Origin: Glaciecola sp.
GTDB taxonomy: Bacteria; Pseudomonadota; Gammaproteobacteria; Enterobacterales; Alteromonadaceae
Direction of reading: 5' to 3'
Length of the DNA: 64,000 bases
Assembly: GCA_965660625.1 (NCBI GenBank)
Contig: CBFIAR010000002.1
Location: 12,946-76,945, forward strand
Shown: positions 26,826-38,882 of the stretch, one piece after another
Numbering within the stretch: position 1 is the first letter of the stretch
How the letters are laid out: every line of letters starts with the position of its first letter
The notes under the pieces: generated by a model
What the model saw: the letters and a program-made list of their open reading frames with translations, nothing else
The model's database searches: none
What the model was told of the DNA's origin: nothing
Position numbers and translations under genes: made by a program

Positions 26826-28118
26826 TTACTTCGCAGTTATTTGCTTGAACGCTTTGTCAGCAGCTTCAATTGTTGCTTCGATAACGTCAATGCTGTGCAT
26901 TTTAGACACAAAACCTGCTTCGTAGGATGCGGGTGCTAAATACACGCCTTCATTGAGCATTGCATGATAGAACTGATTGAACTGAGCCGTATTGCAATTA
27001 ATTGCTTGCTTGTAATTCGTAACATGTTCCACGTCAGTGAAGAATATACCAAACATACTGCCAGCGACATTTATACTCATCGGTATATTATTTTTATGTG
27101 CTGTATCTCTTATCCCTTCTGCCAAGATTTTAGTATTTTCAAAAATACTGTCATAAAAACCAGGCTCAGACAACTGCGATAATGCGGCAAGTCCTGCTGC
27201 CATTGCAATAGGATTGCCTGACAATGTCCCTGCTTGGTATATCGGTCCGGTTGGCGCAATATGGGTCAGTATTTTCTTTTTACCGCCAAATGCACCCACA
27301 GGCATGCCGCCACCAATGACTTTACCAAGACAAGTGAGATCCGGTTCTACGCCATAACGCGCTTGTGCACCGCCTAATGAGACCCTGAATCCGGTCATCA
27401 CCTCATCAAAAATAAGCAGCGCACCATAGTGGTCGCATATACTTCGTAAACCTTCAAGAAAACCTTCAACAGGCGGAATACAGTTCATGTTACCCGCTAC
27501 AGGTTCAACAATAATGCACGAAATATCGTCACCATGCTCATCAAAAGCGGCTTGTACAGAGTCTAGGTTATTGAAGTCGACGGTTAAGGTGTGCTTTGCA
27601 AAGTCCTCAGGCACGCCGGGTGAACTAGGCACGCCTAAGGTAAGTGCCCCCGATCCTGCTTTGACTAATAAGGAGTCGGCATGGCCATGGTAACAGCCTT
27701 CAAACTTCAATATTTTGTTTCTACTGGTGTAGCCGCGGGCTAGGCGAATTGCACTCATCGTGGCTTCCGTACCGGAATTTACCATGCGTACCATTTCCAT
27801 TGACGGCACCAATTTATTAACTAATTCAGCCATAATAATTTCAGCTTCGGTGGGGGCACCATAGCTCAAGCCAAATTCAGATGCGTCAATAACTGCCTGT
27901 CTGACTTTAGCGTTATTGTGGCCCAATACCATGGGACCCCACGAACAAATATAGTCGATGTAACGATTGCCATCGACGTCCCACATATAGGGTCCATCGG
28001 CTCTATTGATAAAACGAGGAGTACCGCCAACTGCTTTGAATGCGCGAACCGGTGAGTTTACGCCGCCAGGGATGGTAATTTGCGCTCTTTCGAAAAGTTT
28101 TTCAGATTGGGTTGTCAT
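26826..28118 (-). CDS. hemL: Glutamate-1-semialdehyde 2,1-aminomutase
   Basis: [44 protein letters not shown] and AGTLSGNP motifs. Confidence 0.97.
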   Translation of the reverse strand: MTTQSEKLFERAQITIPGGVNSPVRAFKAVGGTPRFINRADGPYMWDVDGNRYIDYICSWGPMVLGHNNAKVRQAVIDASEFGLSYGAPTEAEIIMAELVNKLVPSMEMVRMVNSGTEATMSAIRLARGYTSRNKILKFEGCYHGHADSLLVKAGSGALTLGVPSSPGVPEDFAKHTLTVDFNNLDSVQAAFDEHGDDISCIIVEPVAGNMNCIPPVEGFLEGLRSICDHYGALLIFDEVMTGFRVSLGGAQARYGVEPDLTCLGKVIGGGMPVGAFGGKKKILTHIAPTGPIYQAGTLSGNPIAMAAGLAALSQLSEPGFYDSIFENTKILAEGIRDTAHKNNIPMSINVAGSMFGIFFTDVEHVTNYKQAINCNTAQFNQFYHAMLNEGVYLAPASYEAGFVSKMHSIDVIEATIEAADKAFKQITAK

Positions 28119-28120
28119 AG

Positions 28121-29137
28121 TTAGCTTTGGCCTTTATTGCTGTACCAATGTACGGGTCGATCGAAGTCAGAAACTTTATCTTCAACGCCTAAGGTCAGAG
28201 CAAACAGTGCCATTCTGACCAGTACGCCGTTATCAGTTTGTCTGAAAATCGCCAGGTTAGGGTTGAGGTTTAAATCGTTATCAAGTTCATTCGCTTCCAC
28301 TCTAGAGTCTCTCGGTAACGGATGCATAATGACTGTTTTAGACTGGAAGTGTTTGGTATATATTTCTTGATTTAAACGAAACTTCCCTCTGTATTTATTC
28401 GCTTCATCTTGTGACGGAAAACGCTCCTCTTGTATGCGAGTTTGATAACAAATGTCAGCATTGAAACTACCTTCTAATTGCTCGGTTATCGTTAATTGGT
28501 GACCTGAGTTCACAATCATATCGCAAATGTAGGCTGGCATACTAAGTTCTTGCGGTGAAATTAAAGTAAAGTGAATGTTTTTATACAAACATAGTAGTTT
28601 TGATAAGGAGTGTACTGTGCGGCCATATTTTAAATCGCCAATCATCGCAATGTTTAAGCCATCAATACCGTCGCCGTGCGAGTTTCTCTCTTTTTCAATG
28701 GTGTACAAATCTAACAATGCTTGTGTCGGATGCTCGTTTGCTCCATCGCCACCATTAATTACCGGAACTCTACTTCCTTCTGCAAACTCTGCGACGGAAC
28801 CTGCTTGTGGATGGCGCATCGCGATAATGTCTGAATAACCACTTAAGACTCTTGCGGTGTCATACAGAGATTCGCCCTTTGCTAAGGCGGAATTACTCAT
28901 TCCAGTCGTTTCTCTGACTTCGCCGCCAAGTAAATTGAATGCGGTGCCGAAACTGACTCGAGTCCTTGTGCTTGGCTCGAAAAATAGGTTTCCTAATATC
29001 GCTCCTTCTAAAACCTCAGTTCTTTTTTTACGAAGCGCATAAGGCAACATGCTATCGGCAACCATAAATACTTTTTCAATTGCCTCACGTTCAAATTGAG
29101 CAACACTTAAAACATGATTACCGGTAAATACAGACAT
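28121..29137 (-). CDS. pyrB: Aspartate carbamoyltransferase catalytic subunit
   Basis: [40 protein letters not shown] and HPLPR motifs. Likely start MSVFTG at 29137. Confidence 0.93.
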   Translation of the reverse strand: MSVFTGNHVLSVAQFEREAIEKVFMVADSMLPYALRKKRTEVLEGAILGNLFFEPSTRTRVSFGTAFNLLGGEVRETTGMSNSALAKGESLYDTARVLSGYSDIIAMRHPQAGSVAEFAEGSRVPVINGGDGANEHPTQALLDLYTIEKERNSHGDGIDGLNIAMIGDLKYGRTVHSLSKLLCLYKNIHFTLISPQELSMPAYICDMIVNSGHQLTITEQLEGSFNADICYQTRIQEERFPSQDEANKYRGKFRLNQEIYTKHFQSKTVIMHPLPRDSRVEANELDNDLNLNPNLAIFRQTDNGVLVRMALFALTLGVEDKVSDFDRPVHWYSNKGQS

Positions 29138-29661
29138 GAAAACAGCGCCTTTAATGTAAAAGATCAATTACCGTAGAGTTTATCAAAAAAATACGAGGTA
29201 AAGCGCTATATATTTCATCAGTGCCAACTAAAAATGAATGATATCGGCGTTGAAAATGATAACGGCAGCACTTTGCAATGATCAGCAAATAACTAAACTA
29301 TCCAGCGAGATGTAAAATTTGACTGCGTTTTTAGGTGCTTGTAAGCCAAGCTGCGATTTTAGATAAATTTTGTTCTGGCAAATTTTTAGATGATGTCGAT
29401 ATAGCAATATTACATGTTTTATATGACATCGTTTGGCTCGAAGTAGGAGTGAAATTGCCTACTTGATAGCCGGTTTGCTGCGAATTGAGAATCAAACTAG
29501 ACGGTCCATTTGTTATAGTTTAGCATCGGGTGGCGGCATGACTATTCTTAAAAACTCAGACGTCAGTATCAACATATGTCACTCTGTTGACTTAACACTG
29601 TGTTAAAACAAACCCACGGGCAGCAATATATGATTTTTTGTAACGTTTTGGATTCAAGTAA

Positions 29662-30822
29662 ATGAACACTAACAATGCCTTTGTCAGCAAGCTTTCGCTG
29701 CTCTTTCTTTGCATAAGCAGTTTTACATTACTGATAGTGTTGATTTTATTTTCAGGTGATAAAACAGCCATTGCGTTTGCAGACGAACAATCACGAGTCA
29801 TTGAAAATGCAAAAGTAAACGTACAAGCTATTTCTATACAATCAGCCTATATCAAGCAGCGAAAAGTATATGGTTTAATTGAATCTGCACAACAGGCCAA
29901 TCTGGGCTTTGAGCTATCCGGTGTTATAAGGGAAACACTTGTTGCGGAAGGTGAGAGGGTTGTGAAGGGGCAGATACTAGCAACGCTTGATACGCAAAGG
30001 TTATTGGCTCAAAAAAAGGAGATTGACGCTGCATTGTTGCGCGCCAGAGCCGACGCAAAATTAGCGCGATTATCTGCAAAAAGAACGACGGAGTTAGTTA
30101 AAAAACGACTTGAGCCAGACCAACGTTTAGACGAGGCAAATGCGGGCTTAGACGCCGCAAATGCGCTTGTGAATGAGGTAAGAGCAAAGCACGAAAGTCT
30201 CGATGTTGAGCTTCAGAAGTCATCCTTAGTGGCGCCATTCAATGGGCAGATTGTAAAGCAGTTGCTAGACGCTGGAACCGTAGTAACTATGGGCCAACCG
30301 GTATTTTCTTTAATGGCTGAAGTGGATTTAGAGGCGAGGATAGGATTACCAACACAATCGCCGTTAGCCTTAAATTTAGGCGAACGTTACACACTCAGCT
30401 ATGAAGACCAAACAATATCCGCAGAACTTATCTCACTCGCGAAGCAGCGTAATAGAGCAACTCGGGCGATTGATGCTTTATTTAAAATAAATGCACAAGC
30501 CGCTGAAAAGCTTTACCTAATGCCGGGTGATTTAGTGTCTCTGTCAGTAGATGTTGAAATTGTTAAACAAGGCGCTTGGATCCCGATCAGTGCGCTGTCG
30601 AATGGGGTAAGAGGTTTATGGACCTTATTCGTTATCGACAAATCAACCGGTTCTTCAATTATTCAGCCACGCAGTGTGTATGTTGAGTATATGGAACAGG
30701 AGTACGCATTCGTATCGGGAGCGCTCGACCAAGGTGACTTGTTGGTAGTATCTGGCCTACATCGCCTTATACCTAACCAGCAGGTGCAAAATATTCAAGT
30801 GATAAACACGGCGAGAAACTAA
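29662..30822 (+). CDS. RND efflux periplasmic adaptor subunit
   Basis: N-terminal TM, lipoyl/hairpin pattern GFELSGVI...VKGQILATLD and SLVAPFNG. Confidence 0.92.
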   Translation: MNTNNAFVSKLSLLFLCISSFTLLIVLILFSGDKTAIAFADEQSRVIENAKVNVQAISIQSAYIKQRKVYGLIESAQQANLGFELSGVIRETLVAEGERVVKGQILATLDTQRLLAQKKEIDAALLRARADAKLARLSAKRTTELVKKRLEPDQRLDEANAGLDAANALVNEVRAKHESLDVELQKSSLVAPFNGQIVKQLLDAGTVVTMGQPVFSLMAEVDLEARIGLPTQSPLALNLGERYTLSYEDQTISAELISLAKQRNRATRAIDALFKINAQAAEKLYLMPGDLVSLSVDVEIVKQGAWIPISALSNGVRGLWTLFVIDKSTGSSIIQPRSVYVEYMEQEYAFVSGALDQGDLLVVSGLHRLIPNQQVQNIQVINTARN

Positions 30823-30825
30823 ACG

Positions 30826-33800
30826 ATGCCGAACTCGCAGAACAAATCTCCTTGGTATACCACTTTCTTTCGTAGTGGGCATTTACTTGCCTTAAGTATT
30901 ATTATCATTCTCGTTGCCGGCTTATCGGCTCTCAGCAGCTTGCCTCGTTTAGAAGACCCGCGCATCGATCTACGTGTTGTGCTCATTCTTACATCTTATC
31001 CTGGTGCGTCGCCTGAGCGAGTTGAAGCATTGGTATCAGATGTTCTAGAAGATGAACTGCGTGAGCTATACGAAATCAAAGAAATTAAATCGACTTCAAA
31101 AGCAGGTTTTTCAAGTTTGCTGGTTGAACTGCAAGATTGGGTGGATGATTCCAGTAATCAGCAAATATTTTCAAAAATCAGAGACAGTCTAGAGAATGCA
31201 TCCGCGAGACTCCCCCTAGGCGCTAGCAAACCACTGTTAGAAGATAAGCGCGGAGCAACAGCATTTACCATGCTTATTTCCATTGATGCTGAGAATCCGG
31301 ACACAACCTCATTGTCTGTATCAGGTCGACTAGCAAGCGAATTAGTGGACCGGGTACGAAATGTACCAGGCACCGAGTTAGTGCGCTTATATGGTAATCC
31401 CATAGAAGAAATAGTGGTTGCACTCAACCCTCAAGCACTTGCTGCTGCAGGTTTAAGTATCGGTCAAGTAAGTGAACGTATTCGTAGTGCAGACTCAAAA
31501 TTACCAGCTGGCGTATTGCGCACAGATCAAAAGAATATTCGCGTGCAGGTGGCTGAGCCACTAGAAAATTTAGATATTGTCGCCAACATTCCTTTGGTTA
31601 CAGCGGATGGCAGCTATTTGCGTTTAGCTGATGTAGCGACCATTGAGCAATCATGGCAAACACCTGAGCGAGAGTTTGCTTTTGTTGACGGTCAACGCAC
31701 CACATTCATGGCTGCCCGCATGCAATCAACGGTGCGGATAGATCAATGGACAGAAGAGGTAAAACGTAAAATTGCTGATTTTAATACCGAGTTTGATGGA
31801 ACATCGCGCGCAAATATCGTGTTTGAGCAAAATGAATATACTCAGGCTCGGCTGACCGAACTGACTGAAAACTTGCTGCTTGGTTCTTTGGTTGTGATGC
31901 TAGTTATTCTTGTATTTATGGGGGCTCGAGCAACTTGGATAGTTGGGTTAGCGCTACCTCTGTGCGCTGCATTTGCTATTTTTTCTCTTAGTTTCTTCGA
32001 CCAACAAATTCATCAAATGTCGATTTTTGGGATTATTATCGCTATCGGTCTGCTCATTGATAACGCCATCGTGATTACTGATGAAATCAGGCTCAACCTA
32101 CTTGACCAAAACATAACACGCTTGCAGGCGCTCGAAAAATCGGTGAAACATTTGTTTTCGCCGTTGCTAGCGTCAACACTAACAACAGTTTTGGGTTTTA
32201 TGCCGATTTTTCTGTTAACTGGAAATATCGGCGACTTTATTGGTGCAATTGCTATCAGTGTGGTCATGGCTTTGTTAGGTTCACTGGCAATTTCACTTAC
32301 TGTTATAGCTGCGCTTGCTGCAAGATATCTTCCGAGAGATGGTGGTGCTGGACACGCTTGGTATCGTCGTGGTTGGCAGATGCCTGGAGTGTCTCATCAA
32401 TTTTCTCGACTGCTGGGGAAATTAATCAAACAGCCTTTACTGATGCTGCCTTTAATCAGTATTTTTTGTTTGTCTGGCTTTGTGCTCTCACAGCAGCTAC
32501 CTAGCGTTTTTTTTCCAAGTGCAGACAGAAACCAATTTGAAATTTATGTGTGGTTGCCAAATGGTACCTCAATTAGCCAAACTCAGCAGGTGGCGCAACA
32601 CATTGATGTACTTATTCGGAATAAACAGGAAGTGCACCAAGTTACCTGGTTTGTAGGCGCTTCCACACCTTCTATCTACTATAATCAAGTCATGTCGCGA
32701 GACAATTCACCTGAATTTGCTAATGCCGTTGTTACCACCAACTCCATTACTGAGGCTGCAGCGTTGATACCGATACTGCAGTCAGAATTGCAGGATGCAT
32801 ATCCAAAGGCGCAAATAGTCGTGCGCCCATTTGGCCAAGGCCCGCCGATACCAGCACCCATCGAAGTAGACATTTTTGGACCAGACATCAACACTCTAAA
32901 TGTGTTGGGTGAGCAAGTTCGTCTTGCCATGACAAAAATCCCCGGTATTACTCAAACAATTGCGTCAATTACAACAGGTGAACCAGAGCTGCAATATGAT
33001 GTATCTGAAAATGATTCTTACATTGCCCAATTATCACTCACCGAAATTGCAAAACAGCTGCAATTGGCGTTAGCAGGAACTACCGGTGGCTCGGTACTGC
33101 AAGGAACTGAAGAATTACCCGTCAGAGTTAGGGTCAATGACTATCAACGCGGTAGCATGCAGGAGCTAGACGCTTTGCCGCTGATGAATCAAGAGTTGAT
33201 GCAGAGTGGAGCCAGTATTGGTATGGCGTCATTAGGCGAATTCACCTTAGTACCCAGTATAAGTGGGATCACGCGATTGGATGGTGAACGTGTGAACAAA
33301 GTGCAGGCATTCTTGCTACAAGGTGTTCCCGCAATTGATGCTAGCGAACAGTTACGCAATCTTTTGGAGAATGGTGATTTTGTGTTACCTGAAGGTTATC
33401 GGATAAAGATGGCTGGGGATGCAGATGAGCAACAGCAAGCACTTGGTCAGTTGGCTACCTACGCCCCAGTTTTGTTAGTACTGATGATAGCTGCATTAAT
33501 ACTTACATTTAATAGCGTCAGATTTGCGGCAGTTATTGGTATGGTTGCCGTCTTGTCAGTTGGACTTGGTATGTTCAGTTTGTGGGTATCAGGTTTGCCA
33601 ATTGGTTTCAATCCACTGTTGGGTAGTGCAGGTTTGATAGGTGTTGCGATTAACGGTTCAATTGTCGTAATAGCGGCGATTAATGGAAATGCCAAGGCTA
33701 AGAGTGGCGATACCAAAGCGATAGTTGAAGAAACGATGAGTTGCAGTAGACACATTTTATCGACAACATTCACCACGGTAGGAGGGCTTATTCCGTTATT

Positions 33801-33969
33801 GCTATTTTCGCAAGGCTCTTTTTGGCCACCTCTGGCCGTTGTACTGGCGGGAGGGGTAGGTTTTTCTGTTATTCTGTCACTAGTTTTTACTCCCACACTC
33901 GTGGCAATGATGTGTAGACTGCGCACTAGCAAACTACAACGACGGGCGCAAAAAGCAGCTAATGCCTAA
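30826..33969 (+). CDS. RND efflux transporter permease (AcrB/D/F family)
   Basis: 1047 aa, two large periplasmic loops, GLLIDNAIVI, ASTLTTVLGFMP and TTVGGLIPLL motifs. Confidence 0.95.
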   Translation: MPNSQNKSPWYTTFFRSGHLLALSIIIILVAGLSALSSLPRLEDPRIDLRVVLILTSYPGASPERVEALVSDVLEDELRELYEIKEIKSTSKAGFSSLLVELQDWVDDSSNQQIFSKIRDSLENASARLPLGASKPLLEDKRGATAFTMLISIDAENPDTTSLSVSGRLASELVDRVRNVPGTELVRLYGNPIEEIVVALNPQALAAAGLSIGQVSERIRSADSKLPAGVLRTDQKNIRVQVAEPLENLDIVANIPLVTADGSYLRLADVATIEQSWQTPEREFAFVDGQRTTFMAARMQSTVRIDQWTEEVKRKIADFNTEFDGTSRANIVFEQNEYTQARLTELTENLLLGSLVVMLVILVFMGARATWIVGLALPLCAAFAIFSLSFFDQQIHQMSIFGIIIAIGLLIDNAIVITDEIRLNLLDQNITRLQALEKSVKHLFSPLLASTLTTVLGFMPIFLLTGNIGDFIGAIAISVVMALLGSLAISLTVIAALAARYLPRDGGAGHAWYRRGWQMPGVSHQFSRLLGKLIKQPLLMLPLISIFCLSGFVLSQQLPSVFFPSADRNQFEIYVWLPNGTSISQTQQVAQHIDVLIRNKQEVHQVTWFVGASTPSIYYNQVMSRDNSPEFANAVVTTNSITEAAALIPILQSELQDAYPKAQIVVRPFGQGPPIPAPIEVDIFGPDINTLNVLGEQVRLAMTKIPGITQTIASITTGEPELQYDVSENDSYIAQLSLTEIAKQLQLALAGTTGGSVLQGTEELPVRVRVNDYQRGSMQELDALPLMNQELMQSGASIGMASLGEFTLVPSISGITRLDGERVNKVQAFLLQGVPAIDASEQLRNLLENGDFVLPEGYRIKMAGDADEQQQALGQLATYAPVLLVLMIAALILTFNSVRFAAVIGMVAVLSVGLGMFSLWVSGLPIGFNPLLGSAGLIGVAINGSIVVIAAINGNAKAKSGDTKAIVEETMSCSRHILSTTFTTVGGLIPLLLFSQGSFWPPLAVVLAGGVGFSVILSLVFTPTLVAMMCRLRTSKLQRRAQKAANA

Positions 33970-34073
33970 ATTTCTCAAAGACATTAAACAATGGTGGCAT
34001 ACAGATTGCGCTTTTTGCCGCCGTTCACGTTTAATAGTGATATGGGGCTTAATTATGTTGGTATTCTATTTAT

Positions 34074-34772
34074 ATGTCTGGAACTAAATTCGAATCTGAA
34101 TCGATTTTTATCAAAGCAGCATCAACTCATAATGCAATGACCTCGATTTTAATCGGGTCTACTTTGGTATTAGTGGGGGCACTCGCCTGTATTTTGTTAC
34201 CTGCGTTATTTTTTCTTCCCGGTGTTTTTATTATCAGTGGCGGTATCGTCGGCCTTATTATCGGTTGGTTTAAATTACAGGAGCCAAAACACAGCCTAGA
34301 GTTAACGCGCGAGCATATCATTTACTACCACCGCCGCGGTAAATGGCGAATTTCATGGGAAAACATTCAACGCGTTGATGTCCCTCGGATAAGCAAAGGT
34401 ATCAAACAGGTTGAGTTAGAAATGATTGGCTTTAGATTGCGCGATGCTGACGTTTTTCTCGACGAAATATCACCTCGTCTTATCACCTACCTATTGATGG
34501 AACAACGTCCGTTGACCATGCAAAATCGCGACGCCAACTGTGCGTCAGGGCAATGTTACGGCGCTGATATGATTGAAGATGAAATGTTTGTGCGTGCTAG
34601 TGGTGAGACTATCAAAGGTCTTTCCGCTATGTTTGCTCACCGAATGAGTAAATTGCGCAATCAATTAGGCTATGACATTTTTATCTCTAGCAATGAAATT
34701 GATAGAGAGGCAACGCAATTTATCGGCTTGATTAAAGACTGCCAAGCCACTGCGCTAAAAACTAAGGTTTAG
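34074..34772 (+). CDS. DUF2982-like membrane protein
   Basis: Two N-terminal TMs, then YYHRRGKW.ISWENIQR...LR.QLGYDIFI. Family name from recollection. Confidence 0.75.
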   Translation: MSGTKFESESIFIKAASTHNAMTSILIGSTLVLVGALACILLPALFFLPGVFIISGGIVGLIIGWFKLQEPKHSLELTREHIIYYHRRGKWRISWENIQRVDVPRISKGIKQVELEMIGFRLRDADVFLDEISPRLITYLLMEQRPLTMQNRDANCASGQCYGADMIEDEMFVRASGETIKGLSAMFAHRMSKLRNQLGYDIFISSNEIDREATQFIGLIKDCQATALKTKV

Positions 34773-34787
34773 CTTAAAGCATCTTGG

Positions 34788-35015
34788 TTATGTTTTTCGC
34801 TGGTCTTGCTGCTTGCTCATGAATCGGGCAGGAGGGACAATAGGAACATGCTTAGCTTTAACAAATAAGTATATTTTATAGCTAGGTTTACTCTCGAGCA
34901 TTAACTCGAAAGTTGAATCTTCATTTAATTTAACAGTTTCAGTAGCTTGTGTGAAAAACAGTAAAAGAAAAAGGATTAATGCCAGTAAAGCACTTATTTT
35001 TATTAGTTTAGACAC
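34788..35015 (-). CDS. Candidate small exported protein (75 aa from GTG 35015)
   Basis: MSKLIKISALLALILFLLLFFTQA-TETVK...: signal-peptide-like, fills the gap between DUF2982 and parC. The RBS is weak. Confidence 0.4.
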   Translation of the reverse strand: MSKLIKISALLALILFLLLFFTQATETVKLNEDSTFELMLESKPSYKIYLFVKAKHVPIVPPARFMSKQQDQRKT

Positions 35016-35163
35016 AAGAATTGTTATGCTGAAAGCGAAAATAATATAACATGGTGCTAATATAGATCTTGCGGCATCATATGTACGGCGTGTTGGCTTG
35101 ACAACGGTTTGGCAGCACTGCAGTTTTTTGATTTTATCCAATAACAATAAATAAAAGTCAATC

Positions 35164-37491
35164 ATGAGCAATGAAATAACCATTAATACCGATGGTATTG
35201 AACAACTACCTTTAAGTCGGTTTACTGAAGACGCCTATCTCAACTATTCGATGTACGTCATCATGGACAGAGCATTACCGCACATTGGCGATGGACTAAA
35301 GCCGGTGCAGCGACGAATTATTTACGCAATGTCTGAGCTTGGGCTGAGCAATAATGCTAAATATAAAAAATCTGCTAGAACAGTGGGTGATGTATTAGGT
35401 AAATTTCATCCACACGGTGATTCTGCTTGTTACGAAGCCATGGTCTTAATGGCACAGCCGTTTTCATATCGATACCCATTAGTTGATGGACAAGGCAACT
35501 GGGGAGCGCCCGACGATCCTAAATCGTTTGCAGCGATGCGTTATACAGAATCGCGACTGAGCAAATTTAGTGAAGTCTTATTAACTGAATTAGGACAGGG
35601 TACAGCAGACTGGCAGCCAAATTTTGACGGTACCTTAGATGAACCCAAAGTACTGCCTGCTCGCCTTCCACATATCTTACTTAATGGTATTACTGGTATT
35701 GCCGTTGGAATGGCTACCGACGTTCCTCCTCACAATGCGCGCGAAATTGCTAATGCCTGTGCTTTATTGTTAGATAATAGCCGTGCTGAACTAAGTGAAC
35801 TGCTCGAGCACGTGCAGGGTCCTGATTACCCAACTGACGCTGAAATTATTACACCGCGCAGTGAAATACAGAAAATTTACGAAACTGGCCGCGGCTCAAT
35901 CAAAATGCGTGCTGTTTACCATGAAGAAGCAGGTGATATCATTGTTACTGCGCTTCCGCATCAGGCTTCAGGCGGTAAAGTGTTAGAGCAGATTGCTGGG
36001 CAAATGCAGGCTAAAAAGTTGCCAATGGTTAGCGATTTGCGCGACGAATCTGATCACGAAAACCCAACGCGCTTATTAATCACACCTCGCTCCAACCGCG
36101 TTGATATTCATCAGTTGATGCAACACTTATTTGCAACAACCGATTTAGAAAAAAGTTATCGTGTTAATATCAATATGATTGGTCTTGATGGTCGTCCACA
36201 GGTGAAAGACCTACGTTCTATTCTCAATGAATGGTTGATATTTAGAAAGGACACGGTAACACGTCGTTTACAATATCGATTAGACAAAATATTAGCACGT
36301 TTGCATATTCTAGAAGGTTTACTCATCGCGTTTTTGAATATTGATGAAATTATTCACATTATTCGAACCGAAGAAAAACCAAAACCAGTTTTAATGGAGC
36401 GCTTTGGGCTAACTGATACGCAAGCCGAAGCTATCTTAGAACTAAAACTACGCCATTTAGCAAAGCTAGAAGAATTTAAGATAAAGGGCGAGCAAGAAGA
36501 GCTCGCTAAAGAGCGTGATGGTCTGCAACTCCTTCTGGGCTCTGAGCGACGCTTGAAGACATTAATTAAGAAAGAAATCTTGGCCGATGCAGAAACATAT
36601 GGTGATGACCGTCGCAGTCCCATTGTTGAGCGCGCGGAATCTAAAGCGATATCTGAGAAAGAACTTGTTCCTTCTGAGCCAGTAACGGTAGTTGTATCTG
36701 ACAAAGGGTGGGCTCGATGTGCAAAAGGGCATGATATTGATGTTGAAGGCCTGAGTTATAAATCGGGCGATAAGTTTTTGTGCAGTGCTAAGGGCCGCAG
36801 TACTCAACTCGTTGCTTTTATCGACTCATCAGGTCGTGCATTCTCGTGTGATGCGCATGCATTGCCTTCCGCACGCAGCCAAGGTGAACCTTTGACTGGC
36901 CGCTTTAGCATTGTGGGCGGCGAAAATATTGAACATGTCATTATGGCTGCTGACGATAAACAATATTTGTTTGGTTCTGATGCAGGCTATGGTTTTGTCG
37001 GTCAATTTTCTGATATGTTAAGTAAAGCTAAGGCTGGAAAAGCCTTTGTTTCTCTGCCAAGTGCAGCCAAAGTTATTCGCCCTCAACCGGTAACTGATGT
37101 CAAAACTGACTGGTGTTTGTGCATCTCTAATGAAGGGAGAATGTTGTTGTTCCCACTGAGAGACTTGCCCGTGTTAGGCAAAGGGAAAGGCAATAAGTTA
37201 ATGAACATTCCTTCAGCAAAGGCAAAAATGCGCGAAGAATACTTAACGGTGCTCAGCGTTGTACCAGAAGGTGCTGATATTAAAGTATTTGCTGGCAAAC
37301 GCGGCATGACCTTAACTTCAAGTGACTTAACTCACTATCAAGGCGAACGTGGTCGCAGAGGCAATAAACTCCCTCGTGGTTTACAGCGAGTAGATTCGGT
37401 TGAAATAGACTCAGCGAAAGCAATTGTTGAGCCAATAATTGAAGATATTCAAGCTGAAGATTTAAGCAGTGGAACATCACCTAGCGAATAA
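35164..37491 (+). CDS. parC: DNA topoisomerase IV subunit A
   Basis: [36 protein letters not shown] and catalytic AAMRYTE. Confidence 0.98.
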   Translation: MSNEITINTDGIEQLPLSRFTEDAYLNYSMYVIMDRALPHIGDGLKPVQRRIIYAMSELGLSNNAKYKKSARTVGDVLGKFHPHGDSACYEAMVLMAQPFSYRYPLVDGQGNWGAPDDPKSFAAMRYTESRLSKFSEVLLTELGQGTADWQPNFDGTLDEPKVLPARLPHILLNGITGIAVGMATDVPPHNAREIANACALLLDNSRAELSELLEHVQGPDYPTDAEIITPRSEIQKIYETGRGSIKMRAVYHEEAGDIIVTALPHQASGGKVLEQIAGQMQAKKLPMVSDLRDESDHENPTRLLITPRSNRVDIHQLMQHLFATTDLEKSYRVNINMIGLDGRPQVKDLRSILNEWLIFRKDTVTRRLQYRLDKILARLHILEGLLIAFLNIDEIIHIIRTEEKPKPVLMERFGLTDTQAEAILELKLRHLAKLEEFKIKGEQEELAKERDGLQLLLGSERRLKTLIKKEILADAETYGDDRRSPIVERAESKAISEKELVPSEPVTVVVSDKGWARCAKGHDIDVEGLSYKSGDKFLCSAKGRSTQLVAFIDSSGRAFSCDAHALPSARSQGEPLTGRFSIVGGENIEHVIMAADDKQYLFGSDAGYGFVGQFSDMLSKAKAGKAFVSLPSAAKVIRPQPVTDVKTDWCLCISNEGRMLLFPLRDLPVLGKGKGNKLMNIPSAKAKMREEYLTVLSVVPEGADIKVFAGKRGMTLTSSDLTHYQGERGRRGNKLPRGLQRVDSVEIDSAKAIVEPIIEDIQAEDLSSGTSPSE

Positions 37492-37558
37492 CAAAGTGAG
37501 GGCATTCTGGATATGTGAAAGGGCACATTAAGGGTAAGTGCCATGTGCTTTGCCCTGA

Positions 37559-37975
37559 TTATTTACTCGACTTCTCGTATAGCCATTTTAATATATCGCG
37601 CCAGCTAATAACCCCGATCGGGTGTTTGTTACTATCAACAACAGGTAAGCAGGAAATTTTATTTTCATAAAAAATCTGTATGACTGTTTTAAGAGAGGCA
37701 TGTTCAGTAATAACAACAGGCTCTCTTTTGACTATCTGATGCACTCGCTTATTTAATGTCGCTAAGTCTTTGACAGTTGCAGAAGGCTTGTCTATGTTAG
37801 GATGAATCGCTTTAGTATAATCTCGATCGGATATAACGGCGGCCATTTCATTTTTATCATTAATCACCATAAGGTGATGGAATGAGTTCTGCTCAAACAA
37901 TTCTTTTACCCGCAGTAATCTGTCGTCGATATGCACCGTGATCACGTTCTTCGACATTAAATCTTGAATTTTCAA
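37559..37975 (-). CDS. CBS domain pair protein
   Basis: MKIQDLMSKNVITV...HHLMV...ISCLPVVD...GVISWRDIL. Confidence 0.9.
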   Translation of the reverse strand: MKIQDLMSKNVITVHIDDRLLRVKELFEQNSFHHLMVINDKNEMAAVISDRDYTKAIHPNIDKPSATVKDLATLNKRVHQIVKREPVVITEHASLKTVIQIFYENKISCLPVVDSNKHPIGVISWRDILKWLYEKSSK

Positions 37976-38326
37976 GTGTGTTCTACCTGTATTTATTTTG
38001 GCTATATCGATCTTAATATTTTAGCCAGATGCAGACACATAGACAACGTAATAATGTTAAAAGGCTTAGATGAGTGTCGAGGGGTGATACAGTGCCAGTG
38101 ATACCAAGCCAGTAAAGATATTTTCCTGCAAGGTTAAGCATGCTTTTTGCTCGCTGCTTCGCATTAGGTTTATCTATGATAAATATGGGAGGTGAAGCAT
38201 CCGCTAACCCACTTAAACTATCTATCAAATGAAAAATTGGAAAAACAAGTAAGATAGTTATTCGTTAGCTACAGTGTTTGGTTACAATAGTGATTCATTC
38301 GTGTACGTTCACTTTTTTAGGTTTAT

Positions 38327-38833
38327 ATGAAACTCATCAAGATAAATAAAGACCGTTATCGCCGCCATTTAAACTATGTCATCGTTGCCTGCGTGGCTTC
38401 ATTACTTATCGGTAGCTTGGGCATTTCGCAATTTTTAATCGCACTATTTCCTGACGAAAGCGGTAGTCATTTTTACTGGAATCTATCAGGCGTTGTGATT
38501 ACAAGCTTAACAATTGGCTTATTGCTCAACAAGTATAAGTCCCATGATTTTATGACTGAAGTGGCGTATGTGTGGGAATTAAAGAAAGCGCTTAATAGAA
38601 TAAATCGAAGAATGTTGAAATTAAAAGCAGCAGCACAAGAGGGCGATGTAGATGCAATGTTTGCGATTAACTACAGTTATGCAGGCTCTCGCCTTTTATG
38701 GCAGTTGGACGATAACACGATCATCATGGACCAGCTTGCTATCGACCAAGCCAACCTTGATAGCTTGGCTGCGAAATATCATGTGACGCTGAATATTGAA
38801 AAATATGATGACAGTGTTTTGAAGAAATTTTGA
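38327..38833 (+). CDS. DUF3087-like membrane protein
   Basis: MKLIKINKDRYRRHLN, two TMs, HDFMTEVAYVWELK and LWQLDDNT. Family name from recollection. Confidence 0.75.
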   Translation: MKLIKINKDRYRRHLNYVIVACVASLLIGSLGISQFLIALFPDESGSHFYWNLSGVVITSLTIGLLLNKYKSHDFMTEVAYVWELKKALNRINRRMLKLKAAAQEGDVDAMFAINYSYAGSRLLWQLDDNTIIMDQLAIDQANLDSLAAKYHVTLNIEKYDDSVLKKF

Positions 38834-38838
38834 ACAAA

Positions 38839-38882
38839 ATAAAAAAGGGGGCAGGGTTAATTAACCCTGCCCCCTTTTTTAT
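38839..38882. terminator. Bidirectional terminator formed by a perfect 44-bp palindrome
   Basis: ATAAAAAAGGGGGCAGGGTTAA|TTAACCCTGCCCCCTTTTTTAT. Confidence 0.9.

Noticed and set aside
38013-38228. 71-aa minus-strand ORF upstream of the CBS gene
   Set aside because: TTG start, no RBS and no motif; could not distinguish it from chance.
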